64,000 bases of DNA from Blasia pusilla (taxonomy: Eukaryota): the NCBI GenBank assembly GCA_050084515.1, contig CM114271.1:13020001-13084000 (forward strand), written 5' to 3'. A model generated the notes under the pieces. That model had not been told where the DNA came from, made no database searches, and was given only the letters and a program-made list of their open reading frames with translations. Positions 27,489 to 40,091 of this stretch are shown here, piece after piece (the first letter of the stretch is position 1; every line of letters starts with the position of its first letter). Both the position numbers and the translations under genes were made by a program.

Positions 27489-28795
27489 TGTCGCAACCCC
27501 CATAACCAAACAACACCAAATAGGCGCCAAACGAAACATCAAAACTCAAGTGGACTCACGCTTCGATGTTTGCGCTTTGGAGAGGCGTTTGGAAAGGTCT
27601 CTTGGAAAAGTTCAAGAGACAAAATGCGGAACAGAGTTGTGCATTTTGTGCATTAGTGGTCGTGACCATGAAACCTAGACCAAATGCAAACCAAGACTTA
27701 AGATGAGTTGAGTCTTGGAAGGTTGGTTGCCAACCAATTTTGGAACACGAGTAGCATTTGGGGAATTTGATTATGTTTTAGACCATAACGTTTAGCTCCA
27801 AGATGCGTTTGGAATAAGTAAGTGCGCGTTGCAAAGCTTATCTTGAGACGCTTTCAATGCACCAAAGATCTTAGCAAACGCATATGTATAGACTGAGATA
27901 TTGGCTAAAAACAATTGTGAGAGCAATCGGGTAGAGGGCCAATTGGAGAGGCCCGGGTGTCTTTCCCTAAAGGTAGGGGGACCCCGGAGATCCTCAGAAG
28001 TACTAGTAAGGGAGGAGTCTCTCCAAGATGTCTTGGAACACGAATCCCCACTTTGAGCGCCAAATGGTGTCCCAGAGGCACGGGATAGAACGAGAGTTTG
28101 GCATTGGAACTCGAAACCCAAACCTGATCCAAGGGAGTGGACTTTGTACGCCACACTTGGATTCCAACCCAAGATTCACTTTGTGCAAGTCTCGGTTAGG
28201 GACTCTATTGGATTCTCAACATCCACTCCTCTGAGCACCATTGATTTGATTGGCCCCCTTGTATGAGGAGAAGCCTAGATCGATGGTTCCGACTTAGACG
28301 TCGAAGGAGTCATAGTAATATGACGTAGGTGGTTTACGGAGTAGCGTTACTAGGTTTATCTAACCCTATATTGCATCAGGGTGCGGGGCACCCTGATACA
28401 ATATAGGGTTAGATAAACTTTCTGTAATAGTTTGGTTTCTAAGTTTTTGTAAAGATTTCAGTGATTTAGTCACTTTCTGTTTTCTCACAGACTCATTGGA
28501 TTTCCATAAAAAAATTGGAACCGCCAGGCGCGAAATGCCGTTGAGGTTCCTGAACCGACCAGAAAGTCTGTCCCAAGTCTTTCGAGACTTGCCCGTGTTG
28601 TAAGCCGCAAAACTAGGAAGGTTGAGCTTGATGAGAGACCGAGACGAGAACTCGGAAAGTTAGCCCGCTGATTGATCCAAGACCCGACTAACCAGAGTGC
28701 GTGTTTGGATGCAGATCAGCGTTGAGAGCGTGACCTACTAAACGCACGCTTCCGCAACAATAAGATTAACGTTCAAGAAGAGTAGGCGCATGACC
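27489..28795 (+). mobile_element. 5' LTR of a Ty3/Gypsy-type element, containing a ~290-bp extra insert
   Basis: Starts tgtcgcaacccc; homologous to 33908-34896 and 35538-36545; followed by tRNA-Met-type PBS tggtattagagc at 28798-28809. Confidence 0.85.
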
Positions 28796-28928
28796 CGTGG
28801 TATTAGAGCAAATCCTTGGTGAGCGTAAACTTGGGGTCATGGAAGATCTCAAGGTAGCTAGGAGATCGCAACGCTTGAGGAGGAATGCAAGAGACAAGGA
28901 GGATATCTGAGAAAGCGAGAACTGACAA

Positions 28929-29388
28929 ATGGCGACAAAAGGCGAAGAACCGAGGAAACCGCGAGTCAAAGCAAAAATTCTGAGAGATGAATCATTGACG
29001 GACCGTGAGCCGGAGGTGGAGATGGCGACTCCCGAAGTGCCGAGTCCCAAACATGAGGATGTTCCAAATGAAAATCTTTCTGCGGGACCTTCGGTTCTAA
29101 ACTCAAACGATCCAACCTTTTATATCCAAATGATGGGATTGATGAAGTGATGGCGGACCAGATGGCCGAACATAGCAAGGTGATAATAGAATTCAAGTTG
29201 AATGGAGCCTCTAGTTCCGGCAAGAAGCTTTGTAAGACAAATTTTCCAACGCCATTCATAGGAATGGGGCCCCATTCATAGGAATGGGACGTTCTAACGG
29301 AACTCGAACTTTATTTCGAAGCGCAACACGCAGATGAGCAAGACAAAGTGACTATAGCGGTCATGTTTCTGAAGGATCATGCTCTCCA
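28929..29388 (+). pseudogene. Truncated Gypsy gag (retrotrans_gag-like)
   Basis: Lies after the PBS; LELYFEAQHADEQDKVTIAVMFLKDHAL is gag-like; cut off by the Helitron 3' end at 29389. Confidence 0.7.
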
Positions 29389-29845
29389 CTAGTGGGGGAT
29401 CGCGGGCCAAAAAAGCCCGCGCGCGGGATGTTCACGGGCCCTAGAGCCCGGATACGGGCTAGGCGTGAAGCAACGAATCAGAGGGCGCAACGCGATCCAA
29501 TTTTTCTGCGACACGCGTCCGACATAAAATTGGGGGCCGGTCATGATGTGCACTGGGCAGGAAAGGGCGGATTTCTCAGTGTGCACGGGCCCGAGTCCAG
29601 GACGCGGACACAAACTTTGTCTTCGTGCAACGTTGCTCATGAACAATGTCCATTGGTTGAGATGTATCAATATCTCTTGACAACTTAAATGAAACTGCCT
29701 CAGGTCCTTTATATACATATTTGTATAGTTACTTCATAGCTGAAATACTACTTGCAATCTCCAAAATTAATGTGATAGTAAAAAAGGGTGCACAACATAG
29801 GATTATAGGGCACCATCCAATGAATAGTCATGTTTAAGTATTGCC

Positions 29846-32800
29846 CTACCATTCTCCAACCTGCAAGAATGCACTAATGATGTATGAATACATCATATAT
29901 ATCATATTTTTACGAAGAAGAAAAGGTAATTCAGGGATAGAGGAAAGAATACTTGCGAAAGATTGGATAGCCATCTTCCGTCTCTGTAGTGTTGGCTGTG
30001 AATGATTTAGGATACACTTCTTAGTTTCCTTATACATATATGGTGCATTTGGATTCATAGGTCCACATGGACCATGAATCATAGAATTTTCAAATGTAGA
30101 ATAAAGCTTTGGACAGATACATTGATCGGGGATTTTCGCTGAAATTATTTGGTCATAATTGGAAGTGGTACATGATTTATTCTCACGACCTAAAATAAGA
30201 AGGACATGCATATGTGGTAGACCCATTTTTGGAATTCCATCACATGAATGCACCGGATAACTTGCCTAATATTTGCTTGTTGATGATAAGTTGTAATAAC
30301 TCCTTCTTCTTCTTAAAGACGCACGCAACCAAATTTGGTCAATTCGCAATTGACTGACAAGGTAACAATGTTGAAGTAATATCTTCCTTGAATCTCTTCC
30401 CACTTTGGATTGCATGTCATAGTCAAGAAGTAATCAGACTTTCCCAAGTGACTCATAAGTGCCATTGCATCTTGATACAATTGATGCATATGACACGACC
30501 CTCCAATAAATGAAGAGGGTAGCACAATATATCTTCTAACCCTTCTACTCTTGACATCATGACGATACATGCATCCTTTACACCTTGATACAAGTCAGCC
30601 CTCAACTCCTTCTGATTTAAGCACACCCATGATAATCATTGCATCTCCATTGTGTCATAGAGGTCAACCATATATTCTTGAGTAAGTCAACCAAATTGAA
30701 GTCGTCGATTTTGATCTTCCCCTCCAAGTCGAAAAGTCGAAAACTTGAAAATTTCAAGGCTATATAATACACTTTGTCCTTCTCTCCCCCATAATATCAA
30801 TGTCAAGTCTTTCCTCATTTCATTCATCTGAAATCATCTTCCACATCCGTATGTCTAACATTTCTTTGAGGTTCAGGCGTCATGGCGCATTGGAGTCTCC
30901 CAAATGATATTCGAGGATGCCAACCTGCTTCACCATAGACAAATAAGAGAACAAAGTGTTATGGAATATATACTTCATTAAGGTATGATATATGCCTTAT
31001 TCCTCCTCCATGAAGTCGTACAATAATGTCACGGTGGTCTATGTGCTTAAAATAGTGGCTACCTTGGATGTTGCTAGCAAGTTATAACACGTTGCATCTA
31101 GACCTCTCTTGCTTGCCTTTAGGATGATCCGCATATTAAGATCACTTGCCATATGATGAAACATCTTCACATATGGATTGCTTTTATGTAGCATCTCTTG
31201 CAACCCATTTAAGATCTCAAAGTTGAGATCTGAAGACCTAGACATAAGTCTTTCACGATTCTCCAATTCATTTGCCATATCATGAATGTAGGTTGATCAA
31301 ATTAAGGATGGCATCCTATCTCAGGATGTAAAGGTCTAATAGAGTGATAAATCCTACCTTCAACCCTGAAGTGTCATGTGTCACTGACTTGCTTATTTAC
31401 ATGCACCCCGGTAGATGCTAGTTGAAGTGCAGAATTATAACTTCGAGCATGAATAAGAGAATGAAGACTCCTAGGACCAACACCTAAAATTAATGACTTC
31501 AAGGATGGAGGAGATGGACTTAAGAGGGGTATGTTTATCTTCCCATGGTCAAAACACAAACCATATGGTGAGTTGTGAAACTTCAACCCTCTGACCAGTT
31601 CACATCTCCAATGTAGAGCATGGCATGAAGGGCATATTTTTGTCAAATAGCCCAACGTATGACGACCACTTGTAGAATTCAAACTCCTTCCTAATCTCAA
31701 CTTCCTAATATCACTTTCTTGGAAGTTGGGTCTCGTTGCAATATGAAGTAATTTGCTTACTCTTATGACTCTATCAATATTTGGAAAAGGACAAAAAGTT
31801 TGACCGTTTAGTAAGGTGTCACTATGTGTTGGTAACATAATTCTATAAACTATAACAAGCACAGGATCCACTATTGATGAATCTTCATTGTGAGGATTGG
31901 GAGGAGTCGAAGTATTATTGATGACGACATGTAGAGGTGCAAATAGATTATCCTGAATTGGGGATGTCGGAGGTAACTCATCTCTTAGTGCAGTCATAGA
32001 GGTAGGCCCAAGTGGGATGTTGGGCAACTCAATTCTTGACGATACTATCATGGCAACATCTTGAGCATGAAGTGTAGAATCATCTAGAACGAATTCATCT
32101 TCTCCACCTCTTCGATGAATAACATGATTTTCTTCTACCATAACTCCATCCTTATTGAAAGACATGAAATAAGATCAAAAGCTATATAAATATGATTGTT
32201 CAATGGTAAGAAGGATAAGACATACATTGGAGTATGCCCTTATGATTGGGCTTCCAATAATTGGCGGGTCAATAATGGGAATACGTGGAGTGGCGTGTAC
32301 TCTCGCCTATACTATTGGAGTAGAGCCAGAGAGAAATTAAAGAGCTCTTTTTAGAGTCTCCTATCCGCTTTTTCTGTCGAAGAACTGCCATTTTTCAACA
32401 CGAAAGGCCTGTTTCAATCTGTTTTTGTGATTTGATGATCAAAACCTTACGATAATCCTGTATATCTATAAGATTTCTAAGAATTTGGAGTCTGGAAGAA
32501 CATAGGAATTATAACTGAGTGAAATCAAATATAAGTGAGGAATAGTTTGGCATGGGGAATGATCATGGATGGAATGAACTAACTTTAGAGACATGTTGCA
32601 GGAAGCAAGGTTCTATTTCCAATTCGCGTACAAACTTCTCTAAACAACGGGCACAATGTCTTTTTTGAGCCTCCGCACATGCCAATTTGCACAATTCACG
32701 TAGATGTGTAGAATTTGATGGAAGAGGAAGTCTGCATAAAAATTGGAGAATAGTGCAAGATTTAAGTCATGAAGGAAGATGTCATAGAAGAAAGAAACAC

Positions 32801-32949
32801 TACGTAATGAAACACTCTTATGATGTAGCGGAGAAGCTTTGTGCTTACATTGGAGAATGGTGCTTCAATATGCTGAGATGTTCCCCAATATTTTGAGATG
32901 CAATAGGAATATTTGTCATGGGAGTCAACGGCGGTCTCTCCACGTCCAT
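29846..32949 (-). pseudogene. Helitron RepHel pseudogene (zinc finger and Rep domain; helicase part missing)
   Basis: CPSCHALHW...YGLC..HGKI, YNSALQLAS, NPYVKMF, LPSSFIGG..HMHQLYQDAMAL...GKSDYFLTMTCNPKWEEI, GLPHMHVLL (HUH) and MIHGPCG; many stops. Confidence 0.93.
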
Positions 32950-33329
32950 CAATATGTGATTGAGACTTGACATCTGCATTTTAACGAAACATTGAGGAGA
33001 ATAAGAAAATAATACATTTTTTCCAAAAGAAAAATCGTTAGTATAGATTTTGAAATTCCAACAAAACCAAACCATGAGGAGAAAAAAAAAGTCATAAAAA
33101 AGATGAGTGCTAAGGTCTTTTTTTAATCCTAATAAGAAGGAAGAAAGAAAAATCAAGTGTTTCCTAGTAGAAAAAAAAGATTTTTTTTCCAAAAAAAGTG
33201 TTAAAAAGAGGATGGAAAATATTTAGAGTATTCCCTAGAGGAATTTTTTTAAATCCACAAAAAATATTAACATGAGGAGAGGATTTTAAAAAATGAAATT
33301 TCACTAAATATTTTTTTCTTTTTATTTCA

Positions 33330-33720
33330 AACCCTATCCCGACCTGAAACTTAACTCTAACCTCAACTCTAAAAACTAACTAAATTGGGCCCTAAGCTCC
33401 GACCTCGACCGAGTCGACCCCAAGCCCTAAACTCGAATCTAGGCCCTAAACTCTGATCTCGACCCCGACCCCAACCCCTAAACTCGGACCTCAACCTTGA
33501 CCCCTAAACTCAAACCAGGGCCCTTAACTCAGACCCCAATCCCGCATCCCCGGCTCCGAACCTTCGATCCCTAAACTCAGACCCCGACTCTAAACCCCGA
33601 CCCCAACCCCCCCCCCGGACTCTGACGGTTAAACCCGGCCTTGACCCCTCACCCCTACACTCGATTACTGACCCCTAAACCTAGTTCGAACCTTCGCGCT
33701 GTGGCCCTAACTCTGACCTC
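33330..33720. repeat. Degenerate C-rich minisatellite (ccctaaactc / gaccccaacc) inside H1
   Basis: Repeated ccctaaactc and variants with irregular 20-40 bp spacing. Confidence 0.65.
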
Positions 33721-35537
33721 CGTGACTTTGACTCCGCCGTAATGCAGCTTTCACTCCGACAGTCCAACCCGTGCGACTCCAACTTTGCCACCGCGCCGCC
33801 CTAATCCTATAGTGGCTGAATATCGTTGAATCACAAAGGATATGATCCAATGGCTAAGATTCTCAATGTCCTACCAGCCTCCTCTACTATTTTCCTTGGG
33901 ATGGCTCTATTGCGACCCTCATAACCAAACAAGCACCAAGTGAAACATCAGAAATCTAGTGGGCTCAGGCTAGGATAGTTTGCGCGTTGGAGTGGTCTCT
34001 TGGAAGAGACGCAAGAGACACATGAGATGAGACATGAACAAGGTTGAGCATTTCATGCGTTAATGGTCGCAAGTGGGAAACCTGAACCAAATGTGAACCA
34101 AGGCTTGAGATGAGTCGAGTCTAGGGAGAGTGGTTGCCAAAGAGGCGAGAACTGGATTTGGAACGTGACTAGCATTTGGGGTTCTTACTATATTTTGGAA
34201 AGTAAATTTGAGTCCCAAGATGTGTTTGGGACAAATAGAATGGTGTTGGAAAGCTTATGCAAATCCCATTCCAACGCACTAAAAATCTCAGCAAATGCAC
34301 AAGCATAGGCTGAGAAATTTCCCGAAAACAACTATAAAGGGAGCTAGGTACGTTGAGGGCAAAAAAGAGTGGCCCAAACGTCTCTTCCCCAAAGATAGGG
34401 GGAGGGCAGAGAAATCCACAAGTACTAGTAAGGGAGAAGGTCTCCAAGAGTGTTTGGGACTCAAACCCCACTTTGGGGCGATTCAAGGGCATGGAATGGA
34501 TTTGGAGTTTGGCATTGGGACTTGAAACCCGAACCAAGTCTAATAAAGTGGATTTCAGAGATCCCTATTGGATTCCAACCTACGGCCCATATAGTTGGGT
34601 CTTGATTGGGGATCATATAAGGTCCATTAGACATTTGGGACCTCCACACGTACAAATGTCGTTTTAGATGCTTGGACTAACCAAAAAGTTTATCCCAAGT
34701 CTTGAAAGACTTGCGCGTGTTGGGAAACTAGGAAAAAGGAAGGTTGAGCTTGATGAGGTGTCGAGTTGATAACTCACTAGATTGAAGGCTGATTGACCCA
34801 AACCATACTTATATATGTGTTTGGATGCAGATCAAGAGTGAGATTGTGTCCTACTACATGTACGCTTCCGCAACACTAAAGATTGACGTTCAAGAGTGTA
34901 GAAAATTGCTAAAGAAGCATAACTGGTGGAAAACGGCTCTCACACTCACACATCACCATGGAGAACAAAATTTTGCAATGAGAGAATGAGTGCAGGCTGG
35001 TCCCCTTCTCAATTATATAGGATATGTACAAGCAAACCTAACCCTAATCTTAACCATAGTCTCGAGTTAGACTAACTACGATTAACTAATCCTAGTTAAG
35101 ATAATTGCACTTAATTGACTAACCAAGATTAAGCTTCCCTACTTTGTGTGAGTACCAAATATAGCAGTTCAGGTGTCTCATGAGTTTGATTGTAACAAAA
35201 TCTTCAATACTCCCCCTCAAGCTCATATTGATATCGCTAACGCCTAAATGATTTCTAAACATCTCAAACTTATCTTTAGACAATGCTTATGTAAAGATGT
35301 CAGCAATTTGCTCATCTGTATCTATATACACAAGATCAATTTATCCTGCAAGCACTTTCTCTCTGGTAAAATGATAATGCACCTCAACATGCTTTGTACG
35401 AGCATGAAACACAAGGTTGTTAGCAATCTTGATGCTACTAATATTGTCTACATATATTACACTAGGTCTTAAGTTACTAATACCAATCTCAACAAGCAAT
35501 CGATGAAGCCACACTGCCTCACATGCTATATTGGTTG

Positions 35538-36545
35538 TGTCGCGACCCCCATGACCAAACGAGTGCCAAAGCTAAAACATCGAAACATTAGCGGGCTCAC
35601 CCTAAGATGGTTTGCGCCTTGGAGTGGTCTCGAAGAAGAGACAAGAGACGGGACGCAAGCGAGGCTTCGCGTTTCAAATGTTATGGTCGCGACTGAGAAA
35701 TCTGGACCAAACACGGAACAAGACTTGAAAGGAGTTGAGTCTACTAGAAAGTGGGTTGCCAAAGGAAGAATCTGGATTTGAAACGCCACTAGCATTTGAG
35801 AGTTTCCGACTGTATTTATGGCCATAAATTTTAGCGCCAAGATGCATTTGGATCGAACAAGGATGCGTTGGAAGACTTATGGAAAGATGATTCAAACCCA
35901 CTAAAGATCTCTGCAAACGCATAAGCAGCAGTTGAGAAACAACCCGGAAACGGCTGTAAGTAGAGTCGAGTTGAGGACCACAATGAAGGGCCCGACCCTC
36001 CTTTTCCAAAGGGGGGGGGATTATTGGAGAACCCCAAAAGTACTAGTAAGAGAGAAGGTCTCCAAGAGTGCTTGGAACTTGAACCCCAATTTGGGCGCCA
36101 TGGGGCGGCTCAAGGGCATGGAACGGATCGAGAGTTTCGGGTTGGGTTGGAAAACGTGAACCAAGTCTATGGAGGCAATTCTAGACATCCCTCTTAGATT
36201 TCACCCCGTGACTCAATTACTTGGGTCTCGGTTTGGAACTCACACGAGGTCCGTTGAACAGTTGGGATCGCTAGGCGCGCAAGTGCCGTTTTAGGTTCTT
36301 GGACTACTCATGAAGTCTGTTCCAAGTCTTGAAGGACTTGCCATATTTTGGAAACTAGGAAGTAAGGAAGGTTGAGCTTGATGAGACACCGAGTTGAGAA
36401 CTCCGTGGGTTGGAACGTTGGTTGGCCCAGACTCGACTAACGAGAGTGCGTGTTTGGGTGCAGATCGGCAATGAGATCGTGTCGTACTGAACGTACGCTT
36501 CCGCAACAATAAAGATTGACATTCAAGGAGAGTAGGGGCGCGACA
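35538..36545 (+). mobile_element. Solo LTR of the Gypsy family inserted in the Copia RNase H
   Basis: Termini tgtcgcg...cgcgaca; perfect 5-bp TSD ggttg; the RNase H reading resumes across it. Confidence 0.93.
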
Positions 36546-39500
36546 GGTTGCTCCTCTGTACTCAACCTCTGTTGAAGATAAAGCAACTATAGGTTACTTC
36601 TTTGAAGCCCAACTTATAACTGCGCTTCCCAAAGTAAATGAATAACCAGATGTGGAGTGTCGATCTGACACGCTTCCTGCCCAATCAACATCTGTGAATC
36701 CCTATAATTGTAAACTCGGAAAAGGTTTAAATTGAAGCCTAATTTGAACAGAGAATTTCACATACCGCATAATCCTCCTCACAGCATTAAGGTGATGTTT
36801 TTGAGGTGCTTGCATAAATTGGCTCACTAGGCCAACTGCATGGCTCAAATCTGGCCTGGTTATAGTCAGATAGATCAAACTTCCAACCATGCGTATGTAC
36901 ATATTAGAATCTGCAAGAAAATCTCCTTCATCCACTCTTAGCTTCACACTCTGGTCCAACGGTGTAGAGATTGGCTTACAAGCCGTCATACCATATTTTG
37001 AAAGAGCATATTGTCGTTTACCCACATGCTCTCTCCAACCTTGATAAAATCAACACCAAGGAAGTACTTGACTTCTCCCAAGTCCTTTGTATCAAATTCT
37101 CCCTATAATTTTAGCTTGACTTGTTGTACCATATCCTCAATACTCCTAGTAATCAAGAGGTTTTCAACATACATCACAATGATAATCGTATGATCTTGTC
37201 CTCTCAAGACATATAACGAGGAGTAAGAGTAACATACCCTAAAACCCAACTCTTGTAGGACGTATGTAATCTTGCCATACCAAGGTATATGAGCTTGTTT
37301 GAATCCGTATAGAGCTTTCTTCAACGTACCTACATACGCAAAATGGAAACCCAAGATGCTCATATCCAGGTGGTTGAGTCATATATACCTCCTCATATAG
37401 ATCTCCGTTTAAGAAGGCATTCTTGACGTCCATGTGATGTAATCTCCACTTCTTACTTACTACAACTGCAACCATTATTCTTGTAGTTGCCATCTTTGCA
37501 ACAGGGCTAAAAGTTTCTTCATAGTCAATGCCATATTGTTGTGCATAGCCCTTAGCCACCAATCTTGCTTTGTATTTGTTAATTATATCATCTTGATTGC
37601 GCTTGATTTTGTAAACCGATTTGCAACCAATAGCTACCTTACCGGAAGATATATCAACCAGCTCCCAGATCAGTTGATGTCTTAATGCAGCAAGCTCTTC
37701 CTATATAGCTTCAATCCATTTGGCTTTACTTGCACCTTCTTCAAAACAACTCAACTCCTATTCTTGAAGGGTAGTCATCATATATACATGATGTGTCACA
37801 AGGAAACCTTCATTTATAAATCTATGAACATGATGTGTGATTCTACTTGATCTACAAAGTTGTTGTTCACAAGCAGATGCCTCTGACACGTAGCTCAAGC
37901 TCTCACTAGTGTCAACAAACTGAATACGTACTCTTCTCGTCCATAGACTCACAGATTTAACTGACAAATCTAGGACCTCTCCTAATCCTGCACTAGTACT
38001 TAGGAAATTTGAAGACAGTATCTGTTGGTTTACAATCATATTCTCCTCCTCAACAGACAAGTTTAGAGGTGGAATAGGCTTAGATGGAGCATACCATGAC
38101 TTTACCTCATCAAAAACAATATTGTGACTAATAATAATCTGCCTAGAGGATGGAATGTAGCACTTATATCCCTTAGTTCCATAATCGTAGCCAATGAATA
38201 TACATCTTTCAAATTTGGGGTCTAATTTTTTACGTCTCTCAGAAGGAACATGCGCATAACAAATACAACCAAATACTTTCAGGAAGGAAAAATCAAGTTT
38301 ATTTCCTGTCAAGACTTTGAATGGAGTCTTATCATGAACTTCTGCAGATGGAGTTCGGTTGATTAAGAAGATTGCACATGCTACAGCCTCTACCCAATAC
38401 ACCTTAGGCATATTCTTCTCATTCAGCATAGCTCGTGCCGCCTCAGCAATATGTTGATTCTTCTTCTCAGCCACTCCATTTTTTTGTGGAGTATAACAGC
38501 AAGTCACTTGACGTTGGAGGCCATTCTAACGTAAATAGTCATCAAACTCTATTGAAAGGTACTCTCCTCCTCCATCACAATATAATTTCAAAATGTGTTA
38601 TCTAGTCTGCTTCTCTATTAGAACTCTGAATGTTTGAAAGACTAAGAATATCTCTAACTTGGCTTTCAGAAAGTATACCCATATAAACCTAGAGAAGTCA
38701 TCAATAAATGAAATAAAGTATTGGAAACCACTAAGGCTATGTTGTGATCCTATCCACACATCACTGTGGATCAACTCCAAAATCTAGGATGCTCTTCTAT
38801 CTTGCTTTGGAAAAGGAAATCTAGCTTGTTTTCCAAATTGGCAAGCACGACATACCTCTAACGTAGCAAGACTTGCTAATTTAGGAAGTGCCATTACTAT
38901 ATTAGATGATGAAAGACGTTGTAATCTTTGAAGATTCTTCTGTCCAATTCTCTTATGCCACACATTTAGATATGTGACTTGTTGATCAATTTGACCATAC
39001 ATTGTTGTTTGAATTTATGGCATAGAAACATCTCATTTGAACATTCTGCCAGATCTAGTTCCTTTGGTTATCGTAGTCTGGTCATCCATTATTTCAATTA
39101 AACAATCATCTGTGTTAAACTTCACTTGATAACCCCGTTCTACTATTTGTCCTACAAAGATCAAGTTTCTTGCAATGGTAGGAACATAGAAAATATTTCC
39201 ATTTGATATTATTAGAAATACCGGTATGCGTGATATGATGATGAGTGTCATCTCCTGTGAGCAAAATTGCATGATCTTTCACTGGCTCCATATTATTGAA
39301 CCATTTAGCTTGTGAGGTCATGTGATTTGATGCACCAGAGTCAATACACCGATCTGTTGTCGCGCCTTTCTTGACCATTGCTCCCATATGATGAATCATG
39401 ACCAAGAGATGCTCAGTTTGTGAATGTTGTTGTTCTTGGTACTGCCCTTAGTATTGTCGCTCCACATCTATTTCGTAGATGAATGACCCGAGAAAGTAGT

Positions 39501-39811
39501 TTTGTTGTTGTAAGGCTTATGTTCTCATATCTACCTTCTTCTTGAAGCAAAACTTTGCATAATGACCCTTTATCCAACAGTAATTGCAAGATCCAGGGAC
39601 CCTCTGCTGCTAACCTGGACCCCAACAATTTCCACCATCACCACCTTGTGATTGTGTCTGGTATTGATTCGTAGTTGATTGAGTAAAGTTATATTGAGAG
39701 CCTCTTCCTCCATATGTTTGATATCCACCACGACCACGGAGGCTTGTACCACGACCCCTGCCTCTATTTAATCCATAACCTGCAAATAGCGCACTCTCTT
39801 ATAGACTAGAC

Positions 39812-40091
39812 CATGGTTGCACAAAAATGGACAAGTCCTTCCTTAGAACGGACATGGGTTCCAAGAGTTGGGATCCACACTTATAATCCATGATGGAAGG
39901 TAAGGCAAGGATGAATGGAGCAATGAGGGAGGAGGAAGTGTAGGTGGAGGGAGGAAGAAACAAGGGAGTATGGAACACGAAGGCAAGTAAGGGGAAGGAG
40001 AAAGAAGGGAAAGGTGGGGCCTATATGGACAAGTACTTCTATAAGATAGCCATAAATCCACGGACACGGACTTTCTCCACATGCAACCTTG
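39812..40091 (-). mobile_element. hAT-type MITE inserted in the Copia gag
   Basis: Reverse-complement homologue of 9619-9942; 8-bp TSD gactagac / gactaaac. Confidence 0.88.
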
